Assembly: GCF_001194135.2 (NCBI RefSeq)
Contig: NC_068982.1
Coordinates: 108,795,427-108,845,258, forward strand
Reading direction: 5' to 3'
From: Octopus bimaculoides
Lineage: Eukaryota
Length of the DNA stretch: 49,832 nucleotides
Shown: positions 26,165 through 38,820 of the stretch, piece after piece
Layout: each line of letters begins with the position of its first letter
How positions within the stretch are numbered: the first letter of the stretch is position 1
Notes under the pieces: model-generated
Database searches by the model: none
The model's input: the letters and a program-made list of their open reading frames with translations, nothing else
Told to the model about the DNA's origin: nothing
Program-made: the position numbers and the translations under genes

Positions 26165-28077
26165 TGTATGCATGAATGTATATACAAATGAGCATGTATG
26201 TATATACATATATACATGGGTGTATATGTGTGTGTATACATATACATGCATATATATGTATGTATGAATATAAAAATGTGTGTGTGTATGTAGGTTATTT
26301 GTGTATGTATGTGCACATACACTAGTTACTTATACATTGCAAAGATGGTCTGTAAGTAGTGAAGCTTGGTTTCTTCTTGAGGCAAAAACAAAACTGAAAT
26401 GAAATGTGGATACTTTTAGGCCAGAGGAAATAAATATGGAACTAAACAATAATGTGCCCCTACATAATTGCAGGCAACTCATAAGTTAGGAAATATGTTA
26501 CTCTGGTCACCAAATTTATCTCCAGGAGAATTTAATTTAGGTTTAAGACTTAATTTGTTCTTTAGAAGCCTTATTAGCTGTTTGTTGCCAGTTCTGTCAC
26601 AGAGCGACACTAAAATGAATGAAAAGAGACCAAAAGTTCAGTAAAAAGCTGATTAAGTACTGGTGTGATGGAAGTGTAAAATATGATGTATGAAGTTATG
26701 ATTTTGTACAAACTTTGATGATTGTCATTCTGTGGGCAACAATAGAAATCAACTTCAGTTGGTGAAAGTCATTCTGCAGAAAAGGATAGAAAATGGATGA
26801 CGATGTAATGACAACCGTATGTATATATGTATATCTACTTGCAGCAGGATTAGAATTTTGATCATATTTGATTTAGTAATCACTGCCTCTACCACTATAT
26901 GGATGACTGCAGTACTGTTCATTTTAAAAACCAGCAGATATATAGTGTCCTTGCCTGTCCAATATCGAATGATATGGGGATGATAGATGGAGCTCCAAAA
27001 CTGGAAAGAGAACACCACCATTAACTGGAAAAGCATAACGGCAATATAGCAATCATCTATGTTATGGAAAAAGAAATGGTCACTAAAATGTTTTCAGTTA
27101 AAACTTAGATCATGCTACACAGACATCATTATTGTTGTCCAGCATCCTTTACTGACATTTCTATTTAATTAATCCAAAAGAGATAAAATGAAACTTACCA
27201 AAATAGAATTTGAACACAGAACCAAGAGACTGCAAATTGGGATATAAAGATTAGAAACAAAAGTAACAAACAGACCATTAATGAATGTAGGAGTGGGAAT
27301 TGTTTGCATAGGGAAACAGGTTGCAAAGAATGATTCAAGCAAAGAATTATTATTATTATTATTGTTTTGTCCATACATTCAGACAATTCTATCACTCATT
27401 TTGTTTAAAATATTAACACTTCCACTTCATATTCGCTTATTGATTTTTGCATGGAGCAGAATAACATCAACTTGTTGATGCTTTCTTGCTTCTTTATTAT
27501 TTTTTTTTGTACAATGAGGGGATGATAAATGAGAAGGGAGAAAAGGAGGGTGAAAAGGATGATTAATGCTTTGGTAGAGAGAGAGAGATGTCTGAAGGTG
27601 AGATGAGTGAATGACACTGATGGATTATAAAAAAAAGCCTTCGACATTCAGCAGATTTCAGTTTCAATTTTACATACAATTATGCACATGGATACACACT
27701 AACACATGTGCATGAACACACATGCGCACACACACACACACATCTGCATTAATGAAGGAAAGAAATTTCAAGTTATAAAACTGACCCATTGATTACAAAG
27801 GAAATCTTTTCTAAAATCTTTCTCTCACACTGTAAGGTGTTCAATGTAGTTTTAGCTTCAATGAAAACAACATTTAACACATGCACACACACATACACAC
27901 ACTCAAATATTCATTGAAATAAAAATATACATTGAAATAAAAATATATACATATATATGTATACATATAAACAAACATATTGCCATGTATATGTAAACAT
28001 TTAAACACAACTGTGTGTGTATATACTTGTTTATATATAAACATAAACTTAATTTCAATCATATATGTGCATGTATG

Positions 28078-28131
<54 letters not shown>

Positions 28132-28737
28132 TACATGTATACACGCAAACATACCACGCCTTATCTTTCGCATTTTCAAATTAACAATGATGGTAAATGA
28201 TGATGGTGAAAAAAAAAAATCTGCAATGAAGTTAAAATCTCTTCTGATTATTTACAAATATGCAAATTTTGCTTGAGGGTGTAGAAATGCTGCCATACTT
28301 CATCATGTAGTAGCCAGCTCAGTAGGAGCCTATAACAGGTATATATAATGGTGTGAATTAAGCTGCTGTCGATCTGAATAATCAACAATAGCCTTTTCAG
28401 AGCGGTGACACCATTGCATTTCTGATATGCCTCAATTCTTTATATTAGCTATCAGCAAAATGTATTGTCAACGATAACAAAAACAACTATAACATTTTGA
28501 TTTGAAGAAAAATTATTTTTTCTTTCTCATATTTTTTTTTTTGTTTTAGGGCTTGAGATCTGAAGATATTTTTTTTTTTGCTTTTTTTTTTGTTGTATGC
28601 TGCTGTTTGCATCAGACAGTAAATCTTGGCAAGATTTAGCTGCTCATTGGTTGCGGTTAATTCAGCTGTTTACCTCGACTGCAAAGCTTTTTGTACTGAT
28701 GCTATTTTAATAATTATTTCTCTTTTATCTCCATTTA

Positions 28738-29069
28738 CTAGGTCTTGGCATGAAGAGGTATGAGGAATTTATGTCCAAATGGTGAAGAATACGTGATGCC
28801 AACTTGTGCCATCACCTTACGAGGAAGACCAATATCGCACAGGTAAACTTGTCCAAACTGCCCTTTGAGATTGAGTGGAAGGCAAAGACTTAAACTCCAC
28901 TTGGCATGGATGAGTGTGCCTTGCTGTGGGGGATCAATAGCTAAAACTGGAGCCTTGCTGTTATTAGCCCATACCACAAGTGCTTGGTACCAAGGCTGGT
29001 CTCGCAAAACCATGTTTTCATGATTATCCAAGCTATTAACAATTATGTCCACAGGAAATTTTGGCAAAT
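28738..29069 (-). CDS. EDC3: EDC3 last coding exon (YjeF_N C-terminus: DLPKFPVD...LCDIGLP...SPFGHKFLIPLHAKT*)
   Basis: ORF 28738..29067. Acceptor tcttttttcag, TAG stop at 28740-28738. Resembles the human EDC3 C-terminus (LRDQPWY, LCDIGIP, SPFG.KF.IPLH). Confidence 0.96.
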
Positions 29070-29856
29070 CTGAAAAAAGAAATTAAGTCTTAAATTTCAT
29101 AGTTGACAAGAATTAATTAAAAAACTGGAATTATTAGTTCATCACTAATACAATTCATTTAGAATTAAAACAAAACAGTTCATCCATCCATCCATCCACA
29201 CATATCTCTCTCTGTTTGCAGGGAAGAGGGAGCTCTCTTTAGTCTTGCTAGCGGGAACTCTCTTTAGTCTTTCTAGTGAAAGTTTCACAAACGAATGTAC
29301 CCAATGCATTATATAAAGTGGTTGGCAACAGGAAGGGTCTTTTAGCATAAAAACCATCCTAAATATGTAACATACAAGTAAGATACAGTTTTAAATCTAC
29401 CTTGGAGGACTATAACTTTAAATAGACCTGACTCACAGGTCATATTTAGAGTTGCTTTGACAAACCTATGCAGCACAGATAAACAAAGATAAAATGATGA
29501 TGAGAAAGAGAGAGAAAGGGAGAGAGGAAAGAGAAGGGGAAGAGAAAGAGAGTGCGTGTGTGTACACTGAACTCAATCAAAAAGATGGATAGTAAAAACT
29601 AATGCAAATTTATACAAATTGATATTGTGGACTTTTACCTATCTATCACCAGAGATCTCTTCCATAGTCATACAGTTTACATCCAACCACACAATTTCTA
29701 AACTATATCACACTCAAGATACTCACTCTTACTTAACAATGAATATTCAAAAGTTGCTGTTTCAAGTTTAGGTTTACATGACTGAGCAACAGAAATCTCA
29801 TTAACTCATTAACACATGTCACATAAGTAAACAGAACTATAAGCTTTGATTCTTAC

Positions 29857-30074
29857 CTTTAATTGAAAATGTTTTTACTCCATCAGTGAGATCATACAAA
29901 GCTAATTCATTTTCAATAAAATGATCCATTTTCATATAATTTGGCACATAGATGTATGTTTTTACGTTGTGATTAGCTAGTAATCTAGCACAAGTAATCC
30001 CTTGAGCTCCCTGAATATGTGGGCCACACAAAACAACAACAGTAGGTAATTGGTGGTCATTTTTGGGGTTCAAT
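29857..30074 (-). CDS. EDC3: EDC3 coding exon 5 (YjeF_N: LNPKNDHQLPTVVVLCGPHIQGAQG...)
   Basis: ORF 29837..30073. Acceptor ttcttccctaag, donor AAG|GTAAGA, 218 nt, phase 2 to 1. Confidence 0.95.
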
Positions 30075-30222
30075 CTTAGGGAAGAAAAAAAAGAAAGGAA
30101 TAATTACATTGAAGATTAGAAAACCTGATTGCATAAAAGCATGGCTTTTTATTGAAACTAGTCATACCTGCCCTTAAATCATGCAAGAAGTCACAATTTC
30201 ATTTAAAAAAAAATTAACCAAC

Positions 30223-30347
30223 ATCATTAGTATTATGAATGCTCAATGATTAATTTTATTACAAATATCAAAAGCATCAAATGAATCATTAGTATTATGA
30301 ATGCTCAATGATTAATTTTATTACAAATATCAAAAGCATCAAATGAA
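30223..30347. repeat. Perfect 62-bp tandem duplication in EDC3 intron 4
   Basis: atcattagtattatgaatgctcaatg...aaagcatcaaatga occurs twice, starting at 30223 and 30285. Confidence 0.9.
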
Positions 30348-30642
30348 AGTATAACTTAACTTTGATGCAATATTTTGCTTCATGACAGCTGTTTTTTTAA
30401 AATTTTTACTCTTCACTTTTTTTTTTAATGTTTTACATACATTTCTCCACACTAAATATTTCCAGACTTGTACATGTGCATATTGTTATAGATAGATGTT
30501 CGTACCACGAGATTCTTAATTCAAGTACAATAGGTAAAGTTGCTTGTTAAGCAGACTGAGATGTGAATAAATATAGATTTTATCATAAGTTAAAACTGCA
30601 TAATGAGCAAAAAGAATGAAATTTTAAAAATATTACACTAAC

Positions 30643-30796
30643 CTGTGACTGCCTCCTAGAAGCTGCAAAATCATTTCTGTAGTTGACCGCCCTACAGTTT
30701 CAAGTTGCCTTGATTTTGAGAAACCAAATTCTTCACCGGCAGAAAACAAACGTGACCGTAACTCATAAGATATACTTGGAACAGTCAGTCCAGAAT
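30643..30796 (-). CDS. EDC3: EDC3 coding exon 4 (start of YjeF_N: DSGLTVPSISYELR...LLGGSHR)
   Basis: ORF 30633..30869. Acceptor ttctcag, donor AG|GTTAGT, 154 nt, phase 1 to 2. Confidence 0.95.
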
Positions 30797-31325
30797 CTGA
30801 GAACAAGATTTTTATCAATGACAAAACAGAAAATAACACAGAAAAAGATTCAATGTTTTGAACTGGCAATCTGAAATTTCTAACTAAAATTTCTCATCAG
30901 AAGTTTTCAATTATTATCCAGGTAACTATGCCACTTTACAATGCCAGCATAGCTTGCGTATTATAAAAATTGCCTTATACCACTAATTTCTTTCGTCCTT
31001 TTTACTAAATTTTGTCCCTCAGTTCAAATTCAGTTACATTGGTAGAGAGCTTAACAAAACCAACATGTAAAAAAAGTGTTGTTTCTTAATTAGTCCATCA
31101 GTGCCAGTAATCTTTTCTCATTTTCTCTTTCTCAGAGACGCTTAAGAATGAATAGATTAGAGTAAAAGCCAAAATCTATTCAATAGAACATTTGAGAAAA
31201 TTAGCTTTCTCACTTACATGCTAAAAGACAACATGACAGGTGCGCCATACTATTTTATTATATATTTAATTCAATCTTTCAAATCTGTGATAATAATCTT
31301 GCCAAACAATATAAATCCAACAAAC

Positions 31326-31637
31326 CTGTTACATATTCTTGGTCTGAATAACAAGGAACTTTAATTTTACATAAAACCACAGGACCAGACTCCAAAATAT
31401 TCTCATCATGACGGTATTTGGCAGGATTTTTCCTATCATTATTATGGTGAATTATTTCTGGCAAAGAATTTTCCATTTCCTGGAAGAAAGCTTTTTTGTC
31501 AAAAAGAGCCAAATTTTTCTCAAAGTCAAATTCCTTCAGAAAAGATTCAGAAGGAGCACTAAAACAATCTTCTCGTGTCATCAGTTTGCGACGGCAATCT
31601 ATTTTTCGAGCTGGAGTTTTCTTCCTTGGTTCTGATG
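31326..31637 (-). CDS. EDC3: EDC3 coding exon 3 (FDF domain: FDFEKNLALFDK...KYRHDENILE)
   Basis: ORF 31279..31581 extended upstream to the acceptor ttattttgtag. FDF motif and YRHDENILES as in EDC3. Donor ACAG|GTTTGT, 312 nt, phase 1 to 1. Confidence 0.95.
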
Positions 31638-33344
31638 CTACAAAATAATTTTATAATTATTTAGTCAAAAGAAGATAAATGAACGCAATTATCATTTTTT
31701 TTTCTATAAAACACTTTTAGTAAGTTATTATTACACATAAATTCATTACATTATTTACAAATACAAAGATGTTTGGCTTCAATAATTTCAGTAGACAAAT
31801 CTTTTACTGTTAAAAATCAACTTCTCACATATTTAGTTTACATCTGAGCCTATCAACAGTTTTGATAAGCCCAAATATATTAAGTGTGATCCATAGATGG
31901 TTAGTTTACATTACTGTTTAGTATTCAACAACAGTTGAGGTAGCAGACAGCTGTGAGGAGAATAGAAAAACAACATCAGAAAATCATTAAAACAAAAAAA
32001 CTAAGACTTAAATTGAAATCAGGATTACAAAAAGTTGGCAATGAAAGCCCAAGATTGAGCAAAGTGGATATGAATAACAAAATAATCAGCACTAGATAAG
32101 TAAGGCAGGACACAAAACTTAGACAAGTATTTGTATATGTTGGAAATTTCATACACTGGAAACTGCATGAAGTGGTAGAAAACACATACAAAAAAGCGAG
32201 TCAGAGAGAATGATAGTGACCGTACTATAAGACATGTCAATTGACACAAACAAGGAGATTAAGGCATATCACTCAGAGCATGTCAAAAACACCATTCCAG
32301 CAAACTATCCTGAAAGATATACAGAAACTAAACAAATCTAAAAACATCAAAACAGAGATATCTAAAACATGAGGATTGAAAACAGAAACAATTCTAATAA
32401 CAGAGGTTTTTGAATAATGAAAATGACAATTATATAATCAAAATGCCAGGACTTAACAGACATACAGAAAAGAGTACAATTAATAGGAAAAAAAGGCACA
32501 CAAAAAAGCATGCAATAAAAACTATCCATATAATTAGCAAGACCTTTCTCTATACTATGATAATAAAGAGTTTTTTGTAAACAATGCTCAGGTGCACTAC
32601 AACTTGTTAGAAAAAGAGGAGTCAGCAACAATAAGTCAAGTAAAGAAAGACAGCAAAGATCATTGTTAACAACAATGCCATGGTCACAGTCACCAGCAGA
32701 CTTCTTAAGGTTGGTGTTGTGGAGGAGGTAGGTAAATTACTGGTTTTCCTTCTAAAAATGTGAAATGATACACTTACCTACAGCCAGCATGAGCTGTCAG
32801 TTATAATCCGTTGCTATATTGTGTCTAGATCAGATTACAGGAGAGATCTATAGCATATAAGATCTGCTCTTTTCATCTCAAGGTACAGCTTAATGTTGTC
32901 TGCCTATTTTAACAAGCTTCAAGCTAGCATCTAAAAATATATGCAACAAACACTCTGCTGGACACAAGATGCCATCACATAAGATGCAGAAAGTTGTCCT
33001 AATACAACTGGCTACTGCTTTTCAACTGGCCAAGCAGGATTTCAACCAATTATAAAGATTAGCCTTCATGCCCCTTGCAAAAAAGCTATGCCAGAAGTTA
33101 TTTGTATGACAAAGATTTAAAAGCTATAGTAAATTCAGGATAGATAACATCCACCCATCTTTTGAGGATTGAATAAGGTTATGAGAGGACTAGAAGTTCC
33201 AAAGTGTCTCTCTGACACAAAGTTTAATCAATTTGGCAATACAGCTTGTGAGACTGACTGGATGGTAATTAATGGGTGATGTATGGTCACTTTTTTGATC
33301 AAGGGAAAGCAGTGCAGTAGAAAGAGGTTCCAATTTAGAAAAAG

Positions 33345-33720
33345 GCCAACAGTATTGAATTGAGGGGGGTTAGTTGATTCCACCAATCTGGTTGATGCTT
33401 TATTTTATTGACCGCAAAAAGATGAAAGGCAAATTGACCATTGCATGATTTGAATTCAGAACACTAAGAGTTGGAACAAATATCATGAAGTGTATTTTGC
33501 TGATGTTTTAACAATTCTGCCAATTTACTGCTCTCTAATGATTATTTTTAACATATAAGGCATGCAATTTATAGGGCAGGAATTTTTTTTAAATTTTCAT
33601 CCTGGAAGAATGAAAGACAAAGTTAACCATAGCAGTATTTGAACTCGGAATGTAAAAAGTTAGAACAAACACTGCAAAGCATCTGGTCTGATGCTCTAAC
33701 AATTATGCCAATCCATTACT
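33345..33720 (-). mobile_element. Two adjacent diverged family B SINE copies
   Basis: Two iterations of gatgaaag(g/a)caaa..tgacc...tttgaa(t/c)tc...acaatt(c/a)tgccaat. Confidence 0.6.
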
Positions 33721-34524
33721 TAAACAACAATAATTATCATGAAAGCCTTCATTTCAGTTTTCTTATTTTAATGAGTTTTAGAATCCTTCTTCATAAAATA
33801 GGGTAAATTTAGTCTAAAGGAGAATCACATTCAAGCATTGCAGAAACACATTCCATCTTAAATATATTTTCTCTCTTTTCTCTCATTGAATTATTTGATT
33901 TGGATAAACGAAAAGTTTCTGACCACTGATAAAACATCTCACAGAGCCACTGAATGAACCAGAAATTCAACTCTGTTAATAATGTTGTTAAGTGATAACA
34001 CACATATGTGCGAATGTACACATATATTATATGACTGAAACAGGAGTTGTCACTGCGCTTACCAAAGATCAGTTTCACTGCAATCTATTCTTAATTAATT
34101 TAAATACCAGACTTTGCCAACTATCTAGCAAACTACATAAAGAATAAAACATACCACATAAAACATATTAGCAAAAGGAAAGAACCAAATCTGACAAGTT
34201 CACCTCATATATAACCTTTTCAGAAGCCCAAGTTTGGTGTGAGTTAATCCTTTCATGAATTACAGGTGCTCACATAGCTTACATTTCTGTACTGTTCATG
34301 TGAAGAAGTTACTCTTTTGGCTAAGATTTTAGTCAATCACAACCAACTTTCTCTGGAAGGCTATGTACCAATACTTCAGTTCAATAAATTGAGGAAATAA
34401 AAGATGAAGTGTTATGCCAAATGACATAATGAATGGCTGATGCAAGGTAACTTCTTGTTTAATTTGATTCAATATTCCCATTCTCAACAGTAATGTAATT
34501 TTTCTTATTATTATTATTAAAGAA

Positions 34525-34745
34525 GCAAGCTGGCAGAATCGTTAGCACACCGGGTGAAATGCTTAGCAGTATTTTATCAGTTTTCAAGTTCTGAGTTCAA
34601 AAGCTGCCAGGTTGACTTTGCTTTACATACTTTTGGGATTAATAAATTAAGTACCAGTTACACACTTGGATCAATGTAATCAACTGGTTCCCTCCCCTAA
34701 AATTCAAGGCCTTGTGCCTATAGTAGAAAGGATTATTATTATTAT
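34525..34745 (+). mobile_element. SINE family B (gctggcagaatcgttagcac head), flanked by (TTA)n/(ATT)n
   Basis: tRNA-like head with gagttcaaa B-box-like motif. Many reverse-complement homologs occur in the window. Confidence 0.8.
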
Positions 34746-35949
34746 GAAAAAAGCATTATGCCAGCAAAAAGATTTTCTATCACTTTTCAACAACTATCAC
34801 TGGAAAAACCTCCAAACATATTTGTGTCACAAACTATAATTTTAGAGATGATAACCAGCATATAACAGTAAATTGAATTAAACAATAAAAAAGTTATTTT
34901 TCGTAAACTCTGAATAGTCACCATGAAAAAAAAATATCTCTCATTTGTAAGGACATAAATTCAATCCTCAGTTTTCCTGCTAAAGTCATTTTATAAGACC
35001 TTTTCAAAAAAAAAACATCTTAAATCACATGATAAACATGAAAAAAACAAGGCATTTGTGAATGTTCAGTGAAAAGCACATCAACAACAACAAAAAAAAC
35101 CTTTAAAATTTCAAATTGAAAACTGATTTTTAAAGTATTTAAAAAAAATAATTCAAAGCATTCTAAACTTGGTTGCTAATTCTGTTATGTGGTTTTGATC
35201 CTACAGTTGTGTTCAAGTTAATAAAGATTAATAAAGTTCAGTTAATAAAAAAAGATTGCATAATTGTTTTAGTTTAAAAGCACAATAATCAAGCAAACAT
35301 GCATAAACAATAAATACTAGCATGCATAAACAAGTTTAATGTCAAGAAATATTTTCAGCTTTAATTTATAGAACAATAAATACTCTAACAAAATGCCAAC
35401 ACCCATAGTGAGGTCAATCTTTTGTCAGTTCTATTTTTATAATGGTCTCTCACACCACAGTAATACTGCAATACCAATATAGCACCTTATTTTCTGATGG
35501 TACAATCATAACTGAAAGCTCAATCAGTTTTTCTCCTGAGTATAAGAAAACACACCCTCTTCTACAAGCTGCTTATTAACCAAAGTCGATAAAATACTTG
35601 CATTATACTGAATTGAATTAATACTTTTCCCTAAAACTAAACTGGCCTTTTCTCTAATCAAAATTAATAATCATTATTTATGCAGTTAGGTGTTTAATTC
35701 ACTCATTTAATAACCCAGGACACAAAATACCCAGGAAGTGGCCTTGCTCAATATGGAGGAAATGAGTGAGCAAGAACTTGACATTGTATACTCAATACAA
35801 GAAATTGGTATATAACAGATTCTCTGTCAAACTGACCTCGGTCTCAGATGTGATATGTAGTGGTAGTAGGAGTACCCTTGAAATAAAATCCATAAACAAC
35901 TTGTTCCATATAGGTAGTTTCTTTTAGTCAGGTAATCTAATTAAGTATA

Positions 35950-36863
35950 TGCATGGGGGAGAAACTAGAAGTCGTTAATAGCTTCTGCTACCTAGACGAC
36001 CAAGTCTATAGTGGGGGTGGTTGCTCTGAGAATGTAGCAACTAGAGTAAGAATAGCCTGGGCAAAGTTCAGGGAGCTCCTACCTCTGCCGGCAACTAAGG
36101 CCCTCTTGTTCAGAGTAAAAGGTAGACTGTATGATGCATGTGTGTGAACTGCCATGCTACACAGCAGTGAAACCTGGGCCATGAATGCTGAGGACGTGTA
36201 GGCTTGAAAGAAATGAAGCTAGTATGATCCGCTGGATGTGTAATGTCAGTGTGCATACACGACAGAAAAGTTGGACATAAGAAGCATCAAATGTGGTGTA
36301 CAAGAGAGGCAACTGCGCTGGTATGGTCATATGTTATGTATGAATGAAGACAGCTGTGTGAGGAAGTGCCACTCCCTAACTGTAGAAGGAACCTGTGGAA
36401 GAGGTAGACCCAGGAAGACACGGGATGAGGTGGTGAAGCATGACCTTCAAACATCAGGCCTCAGAGGCAATGACAGGAGACAGGGACCTTTGGAAATATG
36501 CTGTGATTGAGAAGACTCGGCAACTAAAGTGAGACTGGTTCCCGTGCTGGTGGCACATAAAAAGCACCATCCGAACATGGTCGATGCCAGGTCTGCCTGA
36601 CTGACTCCCGTGCAGGTGGCACATAAAAAGCATCATCCAAATGTGATCAACTCCAGGCCCGCCTGACTGGCTCCTGTGCTGGTGGCATGTAAAAAGCATC
36701 CACTACACTCTCGGAGTGGTTGGTGTTAAGAAGGGCATCCAGCTTAGAAACATTGCCAGATCAGATTGGAGCCTGGTGTAGCTGCTGGCTCTCCTAACCT
36801 CGGTCAAACCACCCAACCCATGCCAGCAGGGAAAACAGGCATTAAACGATGATGATGATGAAG
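35950..36863 (+). mobile_element. 5'-truncated RTE-clade LINE (decayed RT C-terminus plus 3' UTR and (GAT)n tail)
   Basis: ORFs 35953..36147 (SFCYLDD, RVRIAWAKFREL, KGRLYDACV) and 36271..36510 (RQLRWYGHM, GRGRPRKT) are typical RTE-like C-terminal motifs broken by stops. Probable TSD aatcta(a/t)ttaagtata at 35934-35949 and 36864-36879. Confidence 0.85.
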
Positions 36864-36916
36864 AATCTATTTAAGTATAATCTGTTGAGTGTATTAATTT
36901 GCATTAAAAAATTGAG

Positions 36917-37108
36917 TCTGAGAGAGAAAGAGAGAGAGGGGGAGAGCGAAAGAGAGAGAGGGGAGAGAGAAAGAGAGAGGGAGAGAGAGAAATAGAGAGG
37001 GGGAGAGAAAGAGAGAGGGGGAGAGAAAGAGAGATAGGGAGAGAGAGAGGGAGAGAGAAGAGAAAGAGAGAGGGGGAGAAAAAGAGAGAGAGGGAGAAAG
37101 GGAGAGAG
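36917..37108. repeat. Purine-rich (GA)-based degenerate minisatellite
   Basis: Repeats of gggagagagaaagagaga-like units. Confidence 0.9.
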
Positions 37109-38239
37109 TATGAAAGTTATACTCAAGGGATAATTATTCTGGTATAAACATGTGGTCCGAATGGATGATGAGTGCTCAGTGAAAAAGTACTGTAAGTTGA
37201 TATTAAAAGGTGTCTGTTAAAGAGTAAAATATAATAAAGTCAGATTTCAGAAGGCCTCACAGATAGATTGACAAAGGATTCTAATTGACGATATAATACA
37301 GTAACCCCTTCCAATCCATGGTGGCAGAGAAAACAAATATTAAAACAATATTAATGATATTATTAATATCAAGCAAATACAGAACGAATTAACACCAAAA
37401 CCTAAAATATTTCCTTAGTGTGTATAGACACACATAAACACGCACACACACATATACATACACTGATAAGCTTACATGTTATCTCCACTACTGCTACTAT
37501 TTAGGCTGGGGTCTTTTTTTTTGGTGGGGGGGTTAAATTTTAATTACACAGTGCATTTAATGACAATTTATGGGTGAAAATAGAAGCACTATACACATGA
37601 GCAATTTGCCAGCAAAGACACAATTACACTACAATTGCACTATCTTGCATTAGCAACATATGTACACACCACACTTCGTTTTCTCTCTACCTAAATCAGC
37701 AGTTATAAATACCTTGCAAATTCTGTAGTTTACTCTTATTCTCTAATAGTTTAGTTTTAGCTCCAATGTCCCCTCCTAAAGATATTAAACAGACAAATGC
37801 GTGTAGAGCTGTAAATTCAAGATATGTATGGTAAGATGAAAACCAATAATACAATAACATGTATGGAAAAGATCGAATTTACATGCAAAAATATTAGTTG
37901 AGTTAATGTATACAACAATCCAGTTTTATTAATTGTCAATAAAATTATTTACCAATACAAGTGGTTAGTTTTAACAAAATTAGTGTAATTAGAAATATTT
38001 ATATATCCACTATCATTAGTAACAAAATGTTTCTCCCACAACAATTAACAGCAAGCAGAACTACACAACAGAATGTTTGAACTTATAAATTTTAACAATG
38101 TTATCAGTTGTCAGTTGTTACTATTTAGGTAGAGCCTAGTGCTGTATGGCTTTTGATAAACAAAACCTTGATACCAGTTTTTCCATTTTGCACCTATATG
38201 TCAAAGAACAGAAGTCAACTATAGGTTTATTTCTGTCTC

Positions 38240-38490
38240 ATCATCATAATCATTTAGCATCTGCTTTCCAAGCTGGCATGGGTTAGATGGTTTGACTGGA
38301 ACTGGTAAGTCAGAGAGCTACACCAAGTTCCAGTCTGATTTGGCATGGTTTCTACAGCTGGATGCCCTTCCTAATGCCAATCACTTTACAGAGTGTGCTG
38401 GGTGCTTTTACGTGCCACTGGCATCAACCATGACTATTATTTCACTTCAATTGCCGTGTCTTCTCAAGCACAGCATATCACCAAAGGTTT
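38240..38490 (-). mobile_element. RTE-family 3' end fragment
   Basis: gctggcatggg...tctgatttggcatggtttctacagctggatgcccttcctaatgccaa is the reverse complement of the 36700-36850 tail. Confidence 0.7.
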
Positions 38491-38669
38491 CAGTCACTTG
38501 TCATCGTCTGTGAAAGGTATGGTGATCAAGTATAATCAGAGAATTCAGCAACAGAAATATAATGTAAATAAAAAGATAGAAGTTGAAATTAACAGCTGAA
38601 TTCATCTTGATCACCCTAGTAATAACTGATAGGTATAGAACAACAGTTCTATAATTGATGCTGAATCAT

Positions 38670-38820
38670 CATCAGTATCATTTAATATCTGTTTTCCATT
38701 GTGGCAAGGGCTCGACAAGAGCTGGCAACGCCAGAGGCCACACCAGATTCCCATAGTCTGTTTTGATTTGATTTCTACATCTAGATGACCTTCCTAATGC
38801 CAACCGTTTTACAGAAGATA
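38670..38820 (-). mobile_element. RTE-family 3' end fragment, diverged
   Basis: atctgttttccatt...atttctacatctagatgaccttcctaatgccaacc. Confidence 0.55.

Noticed and set aside
3400-28000. A second multi-exon gene
   Set aside because: Several isolated splice-site and ORF candidates exist, but none could be chained in phase or matched to a known protein.
32752-32777. GTAAGT...TTTTTAG pair on the minus strand followed by a short hydrophobic frame
   Set aside because: 26 nt is too short for a spliceosomal intron, and the downstream frame is not in EDC3 phase.
36544-36720. Regularly spaced ~66-bp repeats that superficially resemble a CRISPR array
   Set aside because: Whole units are homologous with no unique spacers, they lie in a LINE 3' UTR, the context is eukaryotic and there are no cas genes.
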